60,000 nt of DNA from Callorhinchus milii (lineage: Eukaryota). Under the pieces are notes generated by a model that saw nothing but the letters and a program-made list of their open reading frames with translations, did not search any database and was not told where the DNA came from. Positions 25,551 to 37,969 of the stretch are shown here, one piece after another (within the stretch, counting starts at the first letter, position 1; the number at the start of each line of letters is the position of its first letter). A program made the translations under genes and the position numbers. The stretch lies in the NCBI RefSeq assembly GCF_018977255.1, contig NW_024704742.1:18044001-18104000 (forward strand). Direction: 5' to 3'.

Positions 25551-26564
25551 AGTGGATACAAAAACAAGTTATTTTTCGTGTTCTCCAGAGATGAACCAAA
25601 TTGTCCTCTTACAAGTACAATACCACTTCAACTAAAGCCATTCTTATTTAATTAAAACACGGGTTTACCTAACAGTTAGTAACTTTGCTCCCTTTCTTAC
25701 TTTTTTTATTGAATCATTACCCACCCTCTCAGCTGGGCCATAAAAAGATCCCTTGCTCATTCAATCTTTGACATAATTCTTTTAACCAAAAACTATGCTT
25801 GATAAAAAAATGGTTGGTGAATGGATATGAACTATAAATTCCCTGAGTCTTTTAGCACTTTCATGCTACAGTTTAAATATACATTTCTTGTAAGGAGCTT
25901 CCCTATGAAGATCACACTTGATAAGTAATTAAAAAATAGCATGATAGCAATAATTACAGCAGGACATGTGTCTAGATGCTGTAGCTTGTTGGAGCTTCAA
26001 AGCACAATATCACACCTTGGCAGATGTAAGCCTGCACTTGTTTGCTACACAGTCAAGTTTCACTCAGGCTGAGAACTTTCCCAAAGGGGGGGGTGGAGAA
26101 AAATCAGATGGGCAGTCAGCCCTGGGTTATTCTCCAACATAACTGAATGAGTGGTGATTCCCTGGGAGCAAGCCCCCGGCCAGAAACATTCATGACATGA
26201 GGAGAGCACAGAAAAGGAGGAAGATAATAATGAATAAAGTAGAAATAAAAAAGGCTCCAGCATACCAACAAGTATAGTAGGTTGTTTCACCCCAGGGAAG
26301 ATGACTGAAGGGGCAGTCAAAGAGGAAGGTCTTGAAGGAGGTGAGGGAAGGGACAAGGCAAAGGTGCCATCTTGAACTTTGTATTTCACAAGAGACATTT
26401 GTAAAACAGGATGGAACCTGAAATAATTTTTAGTTATTTTAGTGTGAATATATTAATAAAGAAACTCTGAACTCTATCCCCAAATCCGTTTGCCTTGAAG
26501 ATCACCTCCTTCAAGATCCATCTCAAAACCTTCTTCTTTGATAACTTCTTCAGTCATCTTCCCA

Positions 26565-26630
26565 CCCCCCTGGCCCCTGCCCCCTTAGCCCCTGCCCCCT
26601 TAGCCCCCACCCCCTTGGCCCCCATCCCTC
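26565..26630 (+). repeat. 15-bp tandem repeat (CCCCTTAGCCCCTGC-like) x4 inside a LINE2 3' fragment (~26463-26660)
   Basis: Directly visible; gives APAPL repeats in the ORF; preceded by the L2 C-terminal motif SFKIHLKTFFF. Confidence 0.8.
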
Positions 26631-27347
26631 CAGAATCCAACCCACAGCTCAGTTGCAAACTCTCGACCATCCAAAATCTTGGGCCGTATGAGATTAATTC
26701 TGACCCAAATCTGACATTGCAAACCACTTAAAACTTCTCTAAATAGCTAAATTACATCAAAATATAGAGCACACCGTAATGTCTATTTTAAGCTCTCTAA
26801 GAAAAGGAAAATTGCACATTTGCAATTTACAGAACATGCAGGAAAGTAGGGATGCAAAATCAGCCCAGACAACGTCACCAAAACCAGAAAGCTACTAGTA
26901 ATTATAGCAACTGCACATCCGTTACATCAATCCAGAGAACATCACTTATTCTGCAGCAATTTGACAGATTTATTTTCAATTGGATGCTCTATTTTACCAC
27001 ACATAAAATCCTAACACTGCTTTCCAAATGGTCAGTTGAAGGCAATGAAGGCTATGGGGAATTATTGCCATTAATCATGATCAAATACTCTGGGGAAGTG
27101 ATGTTATCCAATTGTATTCTGAGGCTGAGTGTCCAAACAAAGATTTTATTTGTACCATGATCACCAATGTTTCCAATTCACTTATGATCAGCTGTTAATT
27201 ATTCCTTGTTATGAGGAAACATTGTAATGTTGTATAAGAAGACCGTGATATTTAATCTAACGTGAGTATTATTGTTTTATTTAGAACCTTGGTGAAGGGC
27301 CAAATAAGAAGTCTGCTACTGATGCTGAAAATACTGTTGTAGAAAAA

Positions 27348-27758
27348 ATATAATGATCCTTGCATTTGATAATAGTTCCTTTCATGTTATGAGGTTGGCC
27401 CAAAGCACTTCACTGGATATAATATAAAGTGGAGTCAATTTGCTACCAGCAATGTCCCACAAACAACCATGAAGTGAGTGACTGATTTTATCTGAGCTGT
27501 TGTTGGTCAGGACATCAGGAGAAACTCCATTCTCTTTTCAAATAGTGCCATGGGATCTTTAATGTCCACCTGAACAGGAAGGTGGGGGCTTGGTTTAACA
27601 TCTCAACTGAAGGACAGCACCTCTAGCAATGAAGCACATCCCCAGCACTGCACTGGAGAATCATCTTAGACTATAGGAGTTCTAAGTTCCAATGTGAGGC
27701 TTGAACCCACAATCTTTTCACTCAGACGCTAGAGTGCTACCACTGAGCTACACTGACA
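27348..27758 (-). mobile_element. Full-length Deu-domain SINE (family B)
   Basis: The reverse complement shows the tRNA head, the Deu core (ttaaagatcccatggcactatttgaa) and the tail. Confidence 0.88.
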
Positions 27759-29344
27759 CACTGTAATATGTCAAGCAAAAATACTGTAATATCAAGCGGC
27801 TGCCATCACCAAGTTTGAGATTTAAAGACTTATAGATTGTATGAGAGAGCGAAGCTGTGAGGAGAAACAAGAAGTTGCACAATTGAAAGTCGAAGTGAAA
27901 AATTAGGAGACAAAATCAAAAAATCATTACACAAACATAGTGAGAAGGAAGAGTTTGAGAACGTAAACTGCATTGAAATAAATTGCGAGCATACAATATA
28001 AAGTACTATTATGAAGGCAGCAATAGCAATCAAAAGTAAAGGTGGTAGCTGTTGATTAGCCTTGTGTGAATCAAGCAACTTTGTAATTGAGAAATAAAAA
28101 TAAACACGATTATTTTTGTCCAATCAATGAGTATGGAAGAAATCAGTAATTATTCCACTGCACTGTGAGAATTAAGTAATGCACATTGTGGGTGTACCAG
28201 CACAAGAAAGTGATGAATGTAGAGTAGAATCATCAGTAGGGTTAGATGAAAAGTGAAGATCATTAATATGGATCGAATATAATGCCTATTTATATAGGCA
28301 TTAGATAAAGTGAGAAAGAGAAAAATCCTGGGGAATCAATGCGGGAAAGAAGGCAATTAATGAATTATCAACTACAACGTAGAGCAATTTGGGAAAGAAC
28401 TACATAGCCACAACACAATCTGGGTTGAAGACAATGAAATGCTACAGTAATCTGTTGAAAATTGTACAGCAACTGCAATCTTTTTGGCAATTTCCAAGTT
28501 GATGACAAATGAGAAATCAAAATGTTCAAGGGGCTTATTTCAGAGATGTGAAAATCATCAGTGGAGTGGTCCATTCTAACAGTTATGGATTCTCTCAGAG
28601 CATCCGACATAATGGATAACATGAGAATTGACAACAACTTCCATAACTTCTGAAAGTACAGAGGTCATTTAAAAGACAAGAAGAATTGTTTCGTACAGAA
28701 ATTCTGAGCCTGAGCTATTACCCCAAAAAGTGGAAAACTGGACAAGGTATAATAGGAACTGAAAAGGTGACACATCATTGGAGCTCTGTGAACAAAATGA
28801 TTGTGGCTATTACCCTCTCCTGAGAATAATAGGAAAGATGCCATCAGGACAAGAAGCACTCTGGGACACTACACTGTGTGAGGGGAGCTATATAAATGCG
28901 AGTTGTTGTTGTTGTAGTCCTTATTTAGATCCAGAGAACTGAAGACTTGAGACAGAACTTGATACAAGTGTTAGGGTAGAACAGAAATTGAGTAATGGAG
29001 GAAGGCTCTTTGCCAAGGTCAGCAAAATTAAGAGTTATGGAAGGAAAGCAAGCCAAGTGACTGCTTAGGAGAGCTAGCAAATGAACCTTCAGGGTGTAAT
29101 GGTAAAATTCACCAAAAATTCCATAGACAAGGAATCTTTGGCAGGAGATCTTAGAGACAATGGAGGACAAGACAACAGTTGGCATTTCTTTTCAATAAAT
29201 GATCTTTTAGCAGTACCATACAGTGGGCTCACAGTTTTGACAAGCAGAGATAATGTTGGCCTATGAGTCAGCTATTCAAATACTCGTGAACATTATTATT
29301 AATTGTTGATCATTATATTCATATTAATCTGCAAGTGCCATTTA

Positions 29345-29912
29345 AAGCAGGGCGAAATGTTCAGCAAATTTCCTTACTTTCCTTCAGGTTTCCTTACCTA
29401 GCAGTAAGCAGGAACCCAGTGGTTAGTCGATTGGCAGATCGCTTTTCCGGAGATAATAATTCCTCAAAAAAAAATAATAATTTGGACACTCAATCCACGA
29501 CTGTTTGTGGGACACTGCTGTGCGCAATTGGCTGCCGCATTTCACCCACAAATATACAGTCAATTCACTTTACAGTATATTCTGTGAAGCACTCTGAGAT
29601 GTCTAGAAGACGTGAAAAGCGCTATATCAAATTCAAGGATTATTGTTGTTATGACACTAACTCATTTTTTTCTTACCAAAAAGTGTAAATAAAACAAACT
29701 AAAAATAAATAAAATAAATTCCAACCATTTTAACACCAAGTTGTGTATCAATTCCACTTTGAAAATGTTTGTGTGACATTGCTGTGCGCAATTGCTGCCT
29801 GTTTTTCCTACAAAATGTACAATCAATCCACTTTACAATATATTTTCTAATGCACTTTGAGATGTCTCATTGACGTGATTAAGGCACTATATCAAATGCA
29901 AGGATTATTATA
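29345..29912 (+). mobile_element. Two tandem family A SINE pieces (29345-29652 long form; 29765-29912 3' part)
   Basis: Similarity to the other copies. Confidence 0.85.
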
Positions 29913-30821
29913 AAATAGTGTACAATTTACATGACATGTTAGCACAGATTTAAAATCCAATACACTAAATTAATTAATGTTATGGTGCTAAATAAATGTA
30001 AACTTAAACTCATAACTATAACTTTATTTCCTGTATTGAGTTTGGGTCAGAATAACTAAAATTCATATTCGTAAAATAAAATTGTGCTGCAATTTTTAAA
30101 CTTTAAATCCAATTGTTTGGACGAATTTGGATTAATTTGAAATGATAGAACCCAACTGAATACATGTTGAGAATTTTTTTTTAAATAAAGTCACCATTTT
30201 CTATCCAAGTAATATCCTATAATTCAGAGCAACCCCTCGTCGGTGCCTGGTGAAGATGAAAGGAGCCACTGAAGATAAAGGTCGACAAAATTTTAACAGG
30301 CAAACTTTCTCGAAGTGCAAAACAGTAAAATGATTTTAAAGGCCAATAAAGTGGATGAAAGATGAGCACGTAAAGCATCTTGAGACTGACTGGTTAGTGT
30401 GCAAGTGGAGGTCTGTCTAGCACGTTAACTGGTGCTTGGCACTTTCAAAGCAACCTCCCTACCTGTGTGGACCGATCCAGCTGGAAAAATCAAACCATGC
30501 AATGCAGCGTTGCACCAGGTTACAGTCCTGATTCCCAAACCTTCGCTCATAATATGTCCCTGCAAACAATACGCCGATCTCAACGTGGGATCCGATTCAC
30601 AACTTGGTGTGAAAAGGGGTTGGGATGTTTTTCTTGGCAGCAACATGTTAACATCTTGGCCTCACGTTCGCTGCGTCCACGTCTAAAAGTAATCTGTGCA
30701 CATAATTGTGTGGGCGGGTTCATCAACCGCATTTCGAATTAATACACAGCTTACAGTTGTCTATAGTCTGTCTCGGTCGTTCGATACACTGTTTGATAAC
30801 TGCTAATATTTGCTTTTACAT

Positions 30822-31031
30822 AAATAAATAAATAATCCTTGCATTTGATATAGCGCTTTTCACGTCGGGAGGACGTCCCAAAGCGCTTCACAGAACACAC
30901 TGTAAAGTGAATTGACTGTATATTTGTGGGCGAACGCGGCAGCCAATTGCGCACAGCAATGTCCCACAAACAGTCATAGATTGAAAATGACCAATTTATT
31001 ATTGTTTTTGGTTTTTGGAGGGATTATTATT
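30822..31031 (-). mobile_element. SINE family A 3' half with CpGs intact
   Basis: Near-identical reverse complement of ~3545-3745. Confidence 0.92.
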
Positions 31032-31228
31032 TTACAGAAATCCCACGAAAAAGGGTAGATCCCCGAGCTGTGGGCAATCCAGTCTTGACCCCAACCCCAC
31101 CCCCCCCCCACCCTCAGACGTTTAATCCTCTGCAGAAAACTCCGTGCCCATCTCTTCGCTATTCGGTTTCAACCCTGAACGGATTTAGGGGATTTTTTTT
31201 TCAAAAAATAATAATAAGGCAATAAATG

Positions 31229-31289
31229 TGAAACCTGCCCTGTTACGTTCACTCAGGCGTCTGGAGTGAACGTAACAGGGCAGGTTTCA
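31229..31289. repeat. Perfect inverted repeat, 26-bp arms with a 9-nt loop
   Basis: tgaaacctgccctgttacgttcactc-aggcgtctg-gagtgaacgtaacagggcaggtttca; the arms are exact reverse complements. Confidence 0.97.
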
Positions 31290-31324
31290 GATGTTTTACC
31301 GTCACGGGATGACTAAACGGTTAT

Positions 31325-31402
31325 CGTTACCCACAGCGCCTTGGGACGTCCTCCCGACGTGAAAGGCGCTCTCTGAATGGAATCTTGTTGTTGTTGTTGT
31401 TG
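31325..31402 (+). mobile_element. LINE2 3' terminus
   Basis: agcgccttgggacgtcctcccgacgtgaaaggcgct plus (ttg)n. Confidence 0.85.
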
Positions 31403-31517
31403 CTGTCACTCTCGAACCTTTCGATGGTCGAAACCACTGATTTTGCAAAAGTTGGTCTAAATAGTGCTGCCTCGGGTGGCGATATTTTTGGCCAAAGCTA
31501 ACGTCAGCCAAATCGTG

Positions 31518-31572
31518 CAACAACAACAACAACAACGACGACGACGACGACGACAACAGCAAGAAGCAGCAA
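31518..31572. repeat. Compound trinucleotide microsatellite (CAA)n(CGA)n
   Basis: Directly visible. Confidence 0.9.
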
Positions 31573-31608
31573 ACGATGGATATTATCAGTAAAAGGCGTT
31601 TTACTCAC

Positions 31609-31621
31609 CACTGGTACTCAT
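31609..31621 (-). CDS. Candidate 13-nt coding end of a first exon (M-S-T-S + phase 1) of an unidentified minus-strand gene
   Basis: The minus strand reads GAAG ATG AGT ACC AGT G|GTGAGTAA: A at -3, an in-frame upstream TAG and a consensus donor, at the edge of a CpG island. No matching downstream exon was identified. Confidence 0.5.
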
Positions 31622-32022
31622 CTTCGACTCGATGTGTTTGTGGTCGGTTTCCAAACGGTAACTGTAAGGCTATTGAGAGCAGCTTTCACGCCCCTCACCT
31701 CACCCCCTCCCGACAGGAGTGTTTGCACGCAACGCAAATCAACCTGTTGCAGAGCTCAATGCGCAAAAAAAAAACACGCACGTTAAAAGCCGGGAGTCGG
31801 GAGAGCGGAGTCCACCCTCACTGACCGCACCGAAATAACATGGTCCTGGGGACGGGATCCGGGAGTGGGAGTGGGAGAAGGGGTTGGGCTGGTAATCTGT
31901 GTGTGTGTCTATGTGTGTGTGTGTGTGAGTGCAATGCGATTAGTCCTCTCTCGTTGCTGGAGTCAGATGATATGATGGACACGAGCTGTCAGTCAGTCAG
32001 TCAGTCAGTGTTGAGTGCACTG

Positions 32023-32343
32023 CTCCTCTCTCTCTCTCTCTCTCTCTGGTCCTCTCTCTCTCTCTGGTCCTCTCTCTCTCTCTGGTCCTGTCTCTCTCTC
32101 TGGTCCTGTCTCTCTCTCTCTCTCTCTCTGGTCCTGTCTCTCTCTCTGGTCCTGTCTGTCTCTCTCTCTCTCTCTCTCTCTGGTCCAGTGTCTCTCTCTC
32201 TCTCTCTCTGGTCCAGTGTCTCTCTCTCTCTCTCTCTCTCTGGTCCTCTCTCTCTCTCTCTCTCTGGTCCTGTCTCTCTCTCTCTCTCTCTCTCTGCTCC
32301 TCTCTCTCTCCCTCTCTCCTCTCAGCCTCTGGTCTCTGGTCTC
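32023..32343. repeat. (CT)n array punctuated by TGGTCC
   Basis: Directly visible; preceded by (GTCA)n at 31988-32009 and (TG)n at ~31898-31928. Confidence 0.95.
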
Positions 32344-32838
32344 CTGCAGCCGCCGCAGCGCCGCTCTCCCACTCCCCGAACCCCACCCCCCGAGTCCGCA
32401 CTGGCGGCGCAGGCGCCTGTGCGGCTTCGGGTAGAGGAGGAGATTGCGGAGAATCGGCCCCTTACAGTCTCTCCCGCTCCGCCCTCCGCTCCCTCCCGGT
32501 GTGTGGCCCCCGCAAGAGCCGTCAGGTGGGCGCGGCGCGGCGCGGCGCTGCAGCCCGGGGTCGGCTCGGCTCGGCTCGGCTCGCGGTGCCGGTGCCGCGG
32601 GGAACGGTCAGCGCCGCGTGTGCGTGTGTGTGTGTGTGTGCGGTTTGACGGTGACGCGCGGTGCGGGTGCGGTCCCGGTGCGGGTGCGGTGCCGGTGCCG
32701 AGGCGCTAAAGCGCTTGTGGGTGAATGACACGCGGGAGGTGTTGCATTGGCGGCGGCTGCAAAGGACCGGGACTGGAGGCGGTGCAGTTGATCCTCTCTC
32801 GGCAATTGATTTGGGATTAAAAGTGCGGGTGACAGGAT

Positions 32839-33320
32839 TCCGGCCCTCACTCCGGACCTCACTCCGGACCCCTCACTCCGGACCTCACTCCGGACCCCTC
32901 ACTCCGGACCTCACTCCGGCCCTCACTCCGGACCTCACTCCGGACCCCTCACTAAGGACCTCACTCCGGACCCCTCACTCCGGACCTCACTCCGGACCCC
33001 TCACTCCGGACCCCTCACGCAGGACCCCTCACTCAGGACCCCTCACGCAGGACCCCTCACGCAGGACCTCACTCCGGACCCCTCACTCAGGACCTCACTC
33101 CGGACCCCTCACTCCGGACCTCACTCCGGACCCCTCACGCAGGACCCCTCACGCAGGACCTCACTCCGGACCCCTCACTCCGGACCTCACTCCGGACCCC
33201 TCACTCCGGACCCCTCACTCCGGACCCCTCACTCCGGACCTCACTCCGGACCCCTCACTCCGGACCCCTCACTCCGGACCCCTCACTCCGGACCTCACTC
33301 CGGACCCCTCACTCCGGACC
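32839..33320. repeat. Minisatellite of 12/14-bp units GGACC(CC)TCACTCC with CACGCA/CACTCA variants
   Basis: Directly visible; explains the repetitive ORF 32661-33446. Confidence 0.95.
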
Positions 33321-33771
33321 GGACAGCACCGAGAACCGCTTCATCATCGCGGGAGCGATAAGGGCGACAGCGCTCAAAACACTGTAGGACTCGGATGTGC
33401 AGTGGTCACAGTGATGGATGTTACCAGTGAACGACGTTATAGATAAACGGTTTAAGGTTTTTCCCAAATCATAACAAACATCATAATTCAAAATGCCAAT
33501 GTACACAACCAGGTACGTGCAAACTACAGTGTCGAATAAAACATGTTCCCATCCTATGAATCTGTGGCATGTGGTTGTGTCTGTCTCATTTGTATTCCAT
33601 ATTAATCTATTAGACCTTTCACCCCCCAAAAAAAAAAGTTGATTGACTTCATAGGGCAGTGCATTTGCTTAAGAACTATCTATGGTTTTCTATAATGCAA
33701 ATCAAATAAACAATTTTGTTTATGTTGGACTTGTGGCCGGATACTGGATGAATAAAAGAAACTGCTGGAAA

Positions 33772-34090
33772 TAATAATAATGATAATAATAATCCTGGCA
33801 TTTGATATAGCGCTTTTCGCGTCTTCGAGACGTCCCAAAGCGCTTCACAGAATAATGGGAGCCTGGCAAAAAAATAAACAGCCAACGACTTACATTTATA
33901 TAGCGTCCTCCATGAAGGGTAAAGGCTCTCTGAGTGTTTCAATGACGTTGGGTGTGAGGTAGAAAGGCAGAGGTGGGTGATGTGGCAGAGGTGAAAGGCA
34001 GTTTTGCTGAGGGATTGGATATGAGGCTGAAAGGAAAGCTGAGGATCCAAACAGACTGGTTCGGAATCTTTGAGAGCGTGGTCAGGGAGG
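33772..34090 (-). mobile_element. SINE tail (33772-33855) adjacent to LINE2 fragments (33880-34090)
   Basis: Tail motifs; the ORF reads DPQLSFQPHIQSLSKTAFHLCHITHL (L2 ORF2). Confidence 0.8.
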
Positions 34091-34889
34091 TTTAGGAGAT
34101 TTTCTTATAAGAGAAAGGCATTGTTTTATGTATGATTGAAAAACTTTTTGTTAGCTTGCAACCAAAACGTTATTTCCCAGAGAAAGATACAAGAAATACT
34201 TGCATATAAATATATATATATATCGTCTATAAATCACAAGTAATATTGGGGTGAAAATTCAACATTTTGTACTGATATTTTGTATTACGTTGTTGATTCC
34301 CGAAAAGTGATTTAATTGTTCCAGAAGTAAATTTTATGAAATTAATTTGAATGAAATGGTCCTATTTGTTTCGACAACATAATTACACTTATGAAAAATA
34401 CAATGATATGAAGTGTATTGTTATAATAAAGCTCTTTATAAATAAAGCTTCTTGCCATACGATTTTGCTTATTTTAGGAATTGCAGGCCTGGCTCCAGGG
34501 GTAAGTTCAAGTACAGTTACAACACATTATCAGTCCAGCTGAGTATTGCTGCATCTTTTTCAATGATTCAAAGTGTGATTCAAATATTCTTCAGTGGCAT
34601 ACAATGTGCTCCATTCTCTTATTGTGCTACTGAAACGGGCGTGTGATTTTCAACTATGCGGGGAGTGGCATTTCTGGGTGATTTTAGAGTGTTAAAGTGA
34701 CAGTTCACTGTACATTGTTCATTGCTAGGACTGCATCTCATTCTCTTAAAATAAGTGGTGCTAAGTGCTGCTATGTTTGAGGGTCTTGGAACTTAAAAAT
34801 AAATTATTGTGGGAAGTATATTGAGATATTTTGATTTGATAAAAGACTGCAAATCTAACCATCATTTTTATAGCAGTATTTTATAAGAT

Positions 34890-35045
34890 TAATATCCTTT
34901 GCATTTGATATAGCAGCTTATCATGTAGTCAAGGCGTCTCAAAGGACTTCACAGGATATACTGTAGAGTGGATTGACTGGGTATTTTGTGGTGAAATGCG
35001 GCAGCCAATTTGCACACAGCAATGTCCAACAAATAGCCGTGAAAG
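34890..35045 (-). mobile_element. SINE family A 3' fragment
   Basis: Tail and Deu 3' motif on the minus strand. Confidence 0.8.
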
Positions 35046-36334
35046 GTTGTTTTGCTGTAGCCATAACCTTTGTACGTTTTGACTATTTTCTGGAGCATGC
35101 TGTTCTTCAATTATGATCAAACATTTTCCTTACGTTTTCCGGTATGAATATAGATCAGTAGGCATCTGTGGGGTTTCCGGATTCCTTGATTATGGTTGTC
35201 CATAACCATTATTGTCAAGTGAAGTGAAGAATGTCAAGACATTATAGAAGCAGTGGGAGCATTCATAAGAGATCCTCTATTTATGGCATACACAAGTGAG
35301 GGCTCCACTCCAGATTCAACTGGCATTATATTGCCACATCCGCAATTCCAGGCCAGGCAATTTGAACTTATAAATCATGTTAACAGTATTCTTTGCATAA
35401 TGTGAGTTCTTCATTCAGTTCAGTCACTAGTTCATTGCAGAAATTTTGAGTAACTGAAAAAAAATTAGGAAACTGTAATTGGCTAAGCTGCCAACTGATA
35501 CTTGGTTTGGGTTCTTTTAGGGATTTTGATGATCAATTAAGTCAGTTAAGACTGAATGTAAACAGACATCACATCTGTTGGAAAATAACGAACTGAATAA
35601 TACTCAAAAATGGGGAGTAGCGCACAGTATAGGGACTCCCATTTTGCTTCCTATCTAAAGCACTGCAGTTGGTCATTGTTTAGGAAATCTTGGGAGATTC
35701 ATGGCCAAATTAGGTCAATGGTGAAAGTTAGATAATCGACAAATGTATTAGCATAGTAACTTCAGTCCTTAAAAAGTAATTATATCCACAATGATGTACA
35801 TGGTTCTAAATCATGGATGTTACAGGTTGTAAATTGGTGCTTTAAAATGTGGGATAATTCTGATGCCCTCTGTGCCATGGACGTTGCCAGGAATAGATAC
35901 ATGCTGAACAGAGTGGAGAAATGTTAATGAGGAGTTACAGGATTATCATACCAAGATTGGCTTAAAAAAGGGCTAAAACATCACTGAACATTGATTGATT
36001 GGCCTAAAGGCTTTGGATGCTTTTGTAACATAAATAATAATTTTTTAAAAATTCTGCTTTCTATAACACTTTTTATAATTGGCAGTATTTTGCATTCTCT
36101 GCTGATTTTGTTTACAAAAAGTCAAATGTTTTTGTGAATTGTTGCAATAAAACATAACATAGGTCAATGAAATGAACATAAGAGTTCCTAATGGAATTTT
36201 TGTCTCTAGCTATCTAAACCATAATGACATTGTCACGGCTATAATACTTGTCAGCTGTTTCCAGCAAAACTACTGATTAATATTTCATTTCTTCGCCACA
36301 AAAATAGAATCATATAAATGCAATTGGTCTATTT

Positions 36335-37110
36335 AAGCAGAAACTCATCAATGTATTTAAGAGGAAACTTGATTCATACGTAAGCGAGAAGTGAATAGAG
36401 GGATATAGGAGAGGGTATTAGGATGGCTAGAGGCTCATGCTGAGTATAAGCACTGACACAGACTAGTTGGCCTAATTGGCATATTTCCATGCTGTATCAT
36501 TCTATGTAATTCTATGTAATTTAATTGAAGAATTCAGATGAAACTAATGAAAGGTTGGCCATCGATGTGGATATGGATGTGTGTGTGTATATAGAGGGTG
36601 AAGCTTCGGTGGGAGATGAGGACAGAAAGATTGATGTAGATGGGACAAATTGAGGTTAACATTGTCCAAAACAAATATGTGTTTGCTGTATGTTGTATGT
36701 TGCCAGTAGATGATGAAGATCTTAAAGGAAAATTGGGAGGAATTTCAGAAATTGAGATCTTCAAATGAGGAGAAAGATCTATAGGAGTAAGGGGACAGAA
36801 TAACAGGGGATTTAGAATGAAAGCAATGCCACTGCCACAGTGATTGGGGTGGAGGGTACAGTGTAATGACCCTGGAAAGTAGTGTTGTGGGTCATCCAAG
36901 TTTCAGTGAAGCCTGGGATAAGGGTGTTTTTGTGGGGAATAGACTACGTTTCTGGGGGAGATGGGAGAAGGAGAGTGAACAAATAGGGCTGAGTGAGAAA
37001 TAATTCACTTTAAGGGCCTTGTGGCATGAAGGGGAATTGGACGGGTACAAAAGGAAGGAGGAAGATAGGTGAGGGGAGAATGAGTGTGGAAAAGAGAGCA
37101 AGGGAACATG
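36335..37110. mobile_element. CR1 3' tail (+, ~36335-36520) followed by an old purine-rich LINE2-like fragment (-, ~36530-37110)
   Basis: CR1-type terminus (...ggcctaattggcatatttccatgctgtat...(ttctatgt)n); composition resembles 40440-41050. Confidence 0.5.
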
Positions 37111-37969
37111 GGTCATAACTTAAGTGACAGGCAAGATTGGACAGTTTTTTAATTTTACAAACCAGTACATATATAATATTCTTTTCCACCAACTTTGGTA
37201 AATTTACTAATTTTCTCAGATTACTCTTGTAGTATTTCTCCAGATAAACTACAATGAATGCTTAGATCTACAAGTGAAATTGCAATGAATTGTAAATCAG
37301 TGTGCAAACAGAAATTAAGTGTTCTGTAACCTGAGGCACTGTGTTCTGTTGATCTATCAAGTGTTGTTAACAGCTTCATCAACAACAACACCTTGCATTT
37401 ATTTAGCACCCCTCACATCGGGTAGCCCAGAGCGCTTAACACTATTGACACTAGAAACTCCACTATTAAGTGGGATCCACTAAGTATTGATTATATATTT
37501 CTTGAACATTTAATTTAAAATGACCAATGTAAATTATGCAGAAATGATCACAGTTTTTATTGTAGCTATTGTGCTAATATTTACACAAGTTCATATAATG
37601 CAAGTTCATAAGCACACAGCAAAATTCAACTGGACAACTAAATAATTAATTCCCCGTGGTCTTTCTATTAAAAATCCAGCACTAAAAGAACTATACTCCT
37701 TAACAATTATATCCTCTATAGAATCTCCCTCTCTTCTGACCAGCCCAATGGACACTGAAGGATTTTATATTACATTATATACACTGCAGTAAAACACTAA
37801 GCTTTTCAGTTCGTTATGAATGGGTGTAGAGGCTCCAATTGTCCATGTCCCTGGAATAACTTCCTGCTTCCCAATGTGGCTCTGTCATGAATTGAAAAGA
37901 ACAGTTTTCATAGCTGGCCAGAATGCTATTTAACCAAATTCCTTAAGGACTAAACTACTGACTAATCGT

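Larger units (their letters stand above)
30400..33450. promoter_or_regulatory. CpG island / probable bidirectional promoter (core 32340-32780)
   Basis: GC and CpG content rise sharply against an AT-rich, CpG-depleted background. GC-box-like CCGCCC/CCGCTCC motifs and (GCGCG)n, (GGCTC)n and (GGTGCC/G)n runs are present. Confidence 0.85.

Noticed and set aside
32839..33320. CRISPR-like regular repeat
   Set aside because: Units are contiguous with no unique spacers, no cas genes, and the context is eukaryotic.
31840..33446. Long ORFs of 289 aa and 261 aa, and the RERE/SLSL ORFs
   Set aside because: They are stop-free only because of the (CT)n array, the minisatellite and the GC-rich island; no protein-like content.
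34245..34655. Possible MITE bounded by ggggtgaaaattc ... gattttcaac
   Set aside because: The terminal complementarity is too weak to support by eye.
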